Assembly (NCBI GenBank): GCA_050951805.1
Contig: JBMNJT010000003.1
Location: 64,001 to 128,000 of the forward strand
DNA from: Bacillota bacterium
Lineage (GTDB): Bacteria; Bacillota; DTU025
Direction of reading: 5' to 3'
Length of the DNA stretch: 64,000 nt
In this document: positions 59,064 to 64,000 of the stretch, one piece after another
Position numbering within the stretch: position 1 is the first letter of the stretch
How the letters are laid out: every line of letters begins with the position of its first letter
Notes under the pieces: generated by a model
What the model was told of the DNA's origin: nothing
What the model saw: only the letters and a program-made list of their open reading frames with translations
Databases searched by the model: none
Program-made: the position numbers and the translations under genes

Positions 59064-59894
59064 ATGGGCTGCAGCGATGGCGATGTCGTCAGGGCACTGG
59101 TGCCGATTCTTGGCGACAGGGCCCGGGATGTGCGAGTCATTACCGACTTGTCCACCAAGAAAAGCAGGGCTTTTCTCCTCTGCCTCCCTGAGGACGGTCC
59201 GGCGCGCGAATGTGTGATGGTGGCGAAGATATATAGGGATGAGGGGCGTGCCCTTAGAGAGGCCGAAGTTCTTGCGGCGTTGGAGTCGGCAGGTGTGGCT
59301 GTCCCTGCGGCCTGCGGGGCTACGCCTACTGTCCTTTTGAGAAGATACGTTTACGGCCCCGTTCTGCGCGATGTACACTGGACTTTGGAGCTTGCCAGAA
59401 AACTTGGGGCGTGGCTTTACTCGTGCCACGAGGCTTTACGATTGGCCCCGCAAGGCGTCGGCGGCTACGGCCGCACGCGACTTGTGGGGGATATGAATCT
59501 TAGCAATTTCGTCATCGATGTGGCGCAGGCGGACGGGGATGAAGCGGTTGCCTGGCGCGATTGCGGCACGCGGGGGATTGTGTGCGGGATCGATTTCGGA
59601 GATACGCGCGTGGGGGATCCGCTGGAGGATGTGGGTGAGGGGTTCATGCGGATCTTGAGCCACAGGCCGGGCTACACCATGGAGAGGCAGGCGTGCGCGG
59701 CCGCGTTCGTGTGGGAGTATGGAAGGCTTTCCGGGGCGGGGGATATGGTGTGGTCTGAGGTTGAACGCCACGTCCTCGCGGCTTTCCGGAGAGTGGCGGC
59801 ATGGCGCAGGGATCCATTTATGAACGATGTAGCAGAGGCCGTTGGGGCCATGTGGGGATCAGGCACCCCCCAGATTGATTGGGATGGGGTATAA
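59064..59894 (+). CDS. Aminoglycoside phosphotransferase/kinase-like protein
   Basis: VAK, E, GDMNLSNF, IDFGD and GDPLED. Confidence 0.75.
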   Translation: MGCSDGDVVRALVPILGDRARDVRVITDLSTKKSRAFLLCLPEDGPARECVMVAKIYRDEGRALREAEVLAALESAGVAVPAACGATPTVLLRRYVYGPVLRDVHWTLELARKLGAWLYSCHEALRLAPQGVGGYGRTRLVGDMNLSNFVIDVAQADGDEAVAWRDCGTRGIVCGIDFGDTRVGDPLEDVGEGFMRILSHRPGYTMERQACAAAFVWEYGRLSGAGDMVWSEVERHVLAAFRRVAAWRRDPFMNDVAEAVGAMWGSGTPQIDWDGV

Positions 59895-59919
59895 AGTCTT
59901 TGGCGCCTTTGGTCGATAA
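59892..59919 (+). promoter_or_regulatory. Sigma-28 promoter of cheX
   Basis: TAAA-16 bp-GTCGATAA. Confidence 0.7.
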
Positions 59920-59948
59920 GTAATAGTGAACGGAACGGGGGGCGGCGT

Positions 59949-60410
59949 ATGAAAGCGGAATTTATAAATCCTTTTGCGTCGGCGGTGATGATGGTCTTTC
60001 AAAAGGAATTCGGCATGAATGTCATGCGTGAACAGCTTGATCTCCATTCGAAAGGTCCTCTTACGGGCTCGGATGTGAACACGATCATCGGTGTCACTGG
60101 CCAGTTGGAGGGGCAGGTCATATACACCTTCGAGGAAGGGGTTGCTATTCGCATAGCTTCTGCCTTGGTGGGGGAGACCGTAGAAGAGTTGGACGAGATG
60201 GCGAAAAGTGCTGTGGCTGAACTGACGAATATCATGACTGGAAATGCGGCTATTTCTCTTTCGGAAAACGGGTACAGCTGTGTGCTGACCCCTCCTACTT
60301 TGCTAACCGGCAAGGAATTGATAGTGACTACTTTCACTCCAATCCTTACTATCCCATTCATGACTGACTTCGGCACTGTCACTGTGCACGTGGCGCTCAG
60401 GGAAAAGTGA
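59949..60410 (+). CDS. cheX: Chemotaxis phosphatase CheX
   Basis: FINPF, IGVTG, SAVAELTNIMTGNA (ExxN) and TPPT. Confidence 0.93.
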   Translation: MKAEFINPFASAVMMVFQKEFGMNVMREQLDLHSKGPLTGSDVNTIIGVTGQLEGQVIYTFEEGVAIRIASALVGETVEELDEMAKSAVAELTNIMTGNAAISLSENGYSCVLTPPTLLTGKELIVTTFTPILTIPFMTDFGTVTVHVALREK

Positions 60411-60455
60411 GCAATTATTGCACAGTTCGAGAAATAAATGCATGACCAAGATGAA

Positions 60456-60484
60456 AGGCGCTCCCCTGAGGGGAGCGCCTGTTT
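60456..60484 (+). terminator. Rho-independent terminator after cheX
   Basis: AGGCGCTCCCC-tga-GGGGAGCGCCT-GTTT. Confidence 0.7.
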
Positions 60485-60632
60485 GCCGCATATAGCTGGC
60501 CTATGGCTGGTTGACTTCCTGTGGCATGCATCTTGCTTACGTATATTGTAGGGCGGTAATGCCCACTTCAGTATATCGGAGGTTCCGTGCCGGTTCTCTG
60601 AGACGCTTGACGCGGGATCTGGGAAGGGAGGG

Positions 60633-61370
60633 ATGTTTTTGCTGAGGGGCATCTATTCTGCGGCTTGTGGCATGAGAGCTCAGGAAACGAGGCAGTCCTT
60701 GATCACCAACAACTTGGCTAATGTGGCGACCCCCGGCTTCAAAAGGGATGTCGGGGTTGGGGAGTCTTTCTCGGAGATGGTTGTGAGGTCGGGAAGGACG
60801 CCGGTGGGGCGCCTTGGGATGACAAGCGCTATAACTTCTGCCTATTTTGACATGTCGGAGGGCTCGGTCTCCAATACGGACTGTCCCTACGATTTTGCCA
60901 TTGAGGGCGACGGGTTTTTCGCTGTGGAGACCGACTGGGGAATCAGGTACACCCGGGCTGGCAATTTTAAGCTCGATGCCGATTCGTACTTGGTTACGAT
61001 GGAAGGTCACAGGGTCTTGGGAGATGATGGTCCGATCCGTGTTGATGGGCAGCTAGTTGCAGGTTCGGACGGCGTCCTTTACGCGGACGGTCGGGAGATC
61101 GGCAGGCTTTTGGTGGTGATGCCTTCGTCCCCGGATGCGCTGACGAAGGAAGGCGGGGGACTCTTTGCCGCCAGGGGAGAGGTGATTCCAGCAGGAACCG
61201 GACAGGTTCGGGTGATCCAGGGGGCTTTGGAGCTTTCGAATGTCAGTGTTGTGCGGGAGATGGTCGAGATGATAGCCGGTTATCGGGTTTACGAGGCCGC
61301 GCAACGGGCATTGCTTTCCCACGACGCATGTCTTGACAGGGCCATTAACGAGGTGGGAAGGGTAGGTTAG
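60633..61370 (+). CDS. flgF: Flagellar basal-body rod protein FlgF
   Basis: NNLAN..TPGFK, YTRAGNF and LELSNV; precedes flgG. Confidence 0.8.
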   Translation: MFLLRGIYSAACGMRAQETRQSLITNNLANVATPGFKRDVGVGESFSEMVVRSGRTPVGRLGMTSAITSAYFDMSEGSVSNTDCPYDFAIEGDGFFAVETDWGIRYTRAGNFKLDADSYLVTMEGHRVLGDDGPIRVDGQLVAGSDGVLYADGREIGRLLVVMPSSPDALTKEGGGLFAARGEVIPAGTGQVRVIQGALELSNVSVVREMVEMIAGYRVYEAAQRALLSHDACLDRAINEVGRVG

Positions 61371-61520
61371 TCTGCCGCATTGGGTGATGGCAACCCGGGG
61401 CGGCGAGGGACGTGCTTTGGACGAAAATCAAGATCTAATCTATGCGGCCGGACCGCGCAGCGGGGGCCGCGGGCTGCTGAATGACGGAGGCAGCCCACAC
61501 AAAAGAAGGAGTGAATTGCC

Positions 61521-62309
61521 ATGATGAGGGCGCTTTGGAGTGCGGCCACCGGAATGCATGCCAAGCAGCTTGACATGGATGTTATCGCAAACAACCTTGC
61601 CAACGTGAACAGCGCGGGATACAAGAAGAGCAGGGTTGACTTCCAAGACCTGATGTATCAGACCATCAGGAGCGCGGGCAGCACTGTTGCTCAAGGGTCG
61701 AGGGTGCCCACAGGCATCCAAGTGGGACTGGGAACCAGGGCTGCTGCGATTCAAAAAGTCTTTTCACAAGGCGACTTCGTTCAGACGGAAAACCCCCTTG
61801 ACATGGTGATTGAAGGGGACGGCTTCTTCCAGGTGCTCATGCCTGACGGGTCAATCGCCTACACGCGCACGGGCGCATTCAAGCTCGATGCCGACGGAAG
61901 GATTGTCACGTCCGATGGGTATGTGATGGAGCCGGAAATCGTCGTTCCCGACAATGCGGTGAGCATCTCGATTGGAACTGACGGGACTGTGTCGGTGGAG
62001 ATCGCAGGGGAGAATGAGCCTCAGGAGCTAGGCAGCATCGAACTGGCTCGTTTTCTCAATCCCGGAGGCCTGACGTCGATGGGGCGCAACCTGTACAGGC
62101 CTACTGCCGCTTCTGGCGAGCCTATTATTGGTACGCCTGGCCTTGACGGCATGGGCACGGTTGCACAGCAATTCCTGGAGATGTCCAATGTCAAGATAGT
62201 CGAAGAGATGGTCAATATGATCATTGCTCAAAGGGCGTACGAAGTGAACTCCAGGGCTATCCAGGCTTCTGATGACATGCTCGCCACGGCCACGAATCTC
62301 AGGCGTTAG
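61521..62309 (+). CDS. flgG: Flagellar basal-body rod protein FlgG
   Basis: [27 protein letters not shown] and LEMSNV. Confidence 0.95.
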   Translation: MMRALWSAATGMHAKQLDMDVIANNLANVNSAGYKKSRVDFQDLMYQTIRSAGSTVAQGSRVPTGIQVGLGTRAAAIQKVFSQGDFVQTENPLDMVIEGDGFFQVLMPDGSIAYTRTGAFKLDADGRIVTSDGYVMEPEIVVPDNAVSISIGTDGTVSVEIAGENEPQELGSIELARFLNPGGLTSMGRNLYRPTAASGEPIIGTPGLDGMGTVAQQFLEMSNVKIVEEMVNMIIAQRAYEVNSRAIQASDDMLATATNLRR

Positions 62310-62331
62310 CCACGGGCGGGGCTGATCTGAA

Positions 62332-63294
62332 ATGAAGTGCGCAATCCCAAAGCTCGGGGGGCCGATGCCGGCGGCTGGCCGCGAAGCGACCGGCTGGTTG
62401 CTGCTTGCGATCCTCGTGGCTGTGGTATCGGCGGCGGTTGTCACTTCCGGCGGAGTCGCGATGGCGTCTGCAAATGAGGCGGTTGACGATGTGCATTGGC
62501 TTTCTGGGCCTGATCCGACGTTTGGATCTGAGGGAACGGTGCCGGCGCCGTCCGACTATGCTGACATGACTATCGAGCTGTTGCCTTCTGCCTGCAGTGA
62601 AGGTCCGCAGATCCTCCTAGGCGAGATCGCTGTGGTGCACGTCGAAGATGACGCGCTCCGGGAAGCCCTTCGATCGCTGGAGGTAGGTTCTGCACCCCTT
62701 CCTGGGTCATCCCGCAAGGTCAATCTCGGGCAGGTGCAGGTGAGGATGAGGGCGCGGAAGATAGACCCTGCGAAGTTCGTCTTTGTCGGGGCGCCTGAAG
62801 TTGCGGTTGCGGCGGCGGCGAGGCGGATTGCTGCGTCCGACATAGAGGCTGCTGCGATCGACGCTGTATGCGTTTTCACTGGACATGCTCTGTCTCCCTC
62901 TGATTTCAGGGTGGCCAGGACCGATGCGCCTCAAGGGATGCTTGTCCCGCCGGGCGAGTTGCGGCTTGAGGCGCAGGTGGCGCAGACAGGCGCGGATGTG
63001 GCTTTTGTGAGGGTGAGGGTGCGGGCGATAGTCGACGGCGTGGAGGCTAGGAGCGTGTTGGTTTGGTTGGAGATAACTGCGCCTTCCGCGGTCAAGCAGC
63101 TTGCGGATGTGACTTTGATGGCCCAGACCGGGGATGTGCGGGTTAGTGTGCCCGCGGTGGCACTCCAGGATGGCCGTCCCGGGCAGAGAATACGTGTTAA
63201 GAATGCTGTCACCGGAGTTGTTGTTTGGGCGCGCGTTATGGATTCGCAGACTGTTACGGTGTGCGCCGCAGATATGGAGGGATCGCCGTGGTGA
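62332..63294 (+). CDS. flgA: Flagellar P-ring formation chaperone FlgA (atypical)
   Basis: Signal-like segment, I.LGEIA, APLPG and C-terminal ALQDG..GQRIRVKN; lies between flgG and flgH. Confidence 0.8.
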   Translation: MKCAIPKLGGPMPAAGREATGWLLLAILVAVVSAAVVTSGGVAMASANEAVDDVHWLSGPDPTFGSEGTVPAPSDYADMTIELLPSACSEGPQILLGEIAVVHVEDDALREALRSLEVGSAPLPGSSRKVNLGQVQVRMRARKIDPAKFVFVGAPEVAVAAAARRIAASDIEAAAIDAVCVFTGHALSPSDFRVARTDAPQGMLVPPGELRLEAQVAQTGADVAFVRVRVRAIVDGVEARSVLVWLEITAPSAVKQLADVTLMAQTGDVRVSVPAVALQDGRPGQRIRVKNAVTGVVVWARVMDSQTVTVCAADMEGSPW

Positions 63295-63962
63295 AGATAG
63301 CGAAGGCTTTCGGTAGGACCAGGGGCATGGTGATGCAGGATCGAAGCGGGGCCGCTGCGGCCATGGCGGTTGCGGCGGCGGTGGCCTTCGCGGCGGTGCT
63401 TGTCTTTTCAGGAGGCGTCGTTCGGGCTACGTCTCTTTACAGTGAAGACGCGTCTCCTTTTGCGTCGATGTATGCGGATCGAAAGGCCAGGCAGGTGGGG
63501 GACTTGGTGACCATACTCGTTGCTGAAGTCTCGTATGCGCAGAACAGGAGCCAGACCAATACGGCACAGGGCATCGGGGTCACTGCTCAACCAGGTGTAG
63601 GGGTATTCGACTTTATCCCTGCCGCTAGGTTGGATGTGGGTGATTCATCAAAGGGAGCGAATGAGACTACGCGTTCGGGCAGGCTGGTTGGGACCATGAC
63701 TGCAGAGGTTATTGAGGTTCTTCCCAATGGGGACCTAGTAATACGTGGTTCGAGGGAGGTCTCAGTCAACCGCGAGAAGGAGATCATGGTCGTTGAAGGC
63801 GTTGTCAGGCCGCAGGATATAGGGCCGAACAATACTGTTCCTTCGACTATGGTGGCGAACGCGCAGATAAGCATGAGCGGCGGGGTGTACACTGGGCAGA
63901 AGGGCGGATTCTTTAAGACGCTCTGGGATGGCCTGGTTTGGGTGTGGAATACGATTTTCTGA
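63291..63962 (+). CDS. flgH: Flagellar L-ring protein FlgH
   Basis: DRKARQVGDLVTI, VLPNGDL.I.G and G.VRP.DI...NTV.S..VANA. Confidence 0.92.
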   Translation: MKIAKAFGRTRGMVMQDRSGAAAAMAVAAAVAFAAVLVFSGGVVRATSLYSEDASPFASMYADRKARQVGDLVTILVAEVSYAQNRSQTNTAQGIGVTAQPGVGVFDFIPAARLDVGDSSKGANETTRSGRLVGTMTAEVIEVLPNGDLVIRGSREVSVNREKEIMVVEGVVRPQDIGPNNTVPSTMVANAQISMSGGVYTGQKGGFFKTLWDGLVWVWNTIF

Positions 63963-63979
63963 CCTTGGGGGTGAGGGTT

Positions 63980-64000
63980 TTGCGAAGACGAAGATCAGGC
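63980..64000 (+). CDS. Possible start of next gene (flgI expected from synteny)
   Basis: TTG after GGGGGTGAGG; only 7 codons visible. Confidence 0.25.

Noticed and set aside
1-64000. CRISPR arrays, tRNA/rRNA, IS elements, integrases, prophage or defence genes
   Set aside because: No regularly spaced repeats, cloverleafs, or transposase/integrase/phage motifs were seen by eye. tRNA-Sec was also not found.

Overview
A 64-kb chromosomal segment (GC roughly 55-60% by eye) from an anaerobic, motile bacterium. It combines Firmicute-type regulation (Cys T-box, Rex-like box, clostridial-type glycine reductase) with outer-membrane hallmarks (FlgA/FlgH, an Omp85-like barrel). This points to a diderm Bacillota-like lineage (inference). 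In order: the start of a probable SNF2 helicase missed by the ORF track; a sugar kinase plus GH4 pair; a ribose operon; T-box-cysE-cysK; a TPR protein; a doubly frameshifted DUF4382 lipoprotein; an acyltransferase-3; a DedA/pseudo-PAP2 fusion; a hydrolase/GNAT/amino-acid permease group; a glycine-riboswitch-controlled glycine reductase operon with two selenocysteine UGA codons; a histidine kinase; DUF1848; a MoxR/DUF58/DUF4129 cluster; nadE; a TetR-SCP2-M24-geranylgeranyl-reductase-like operon; RsiV-like and GH73 proteins; a peptidase-TolB-Omp85 protein; a response regulator; a CoA-dehydratase activator with a DegV pseudogene; two MCPs; mobB plus a kinase; cheX; and flgF-flgG-flgA-flgH. The TetR operon is the best candidate for an undescribed system. 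No rRNA, tRNA, CRISPR array or mobile element was recognised. All family calls come from motif recognition by eye; no database search was run.
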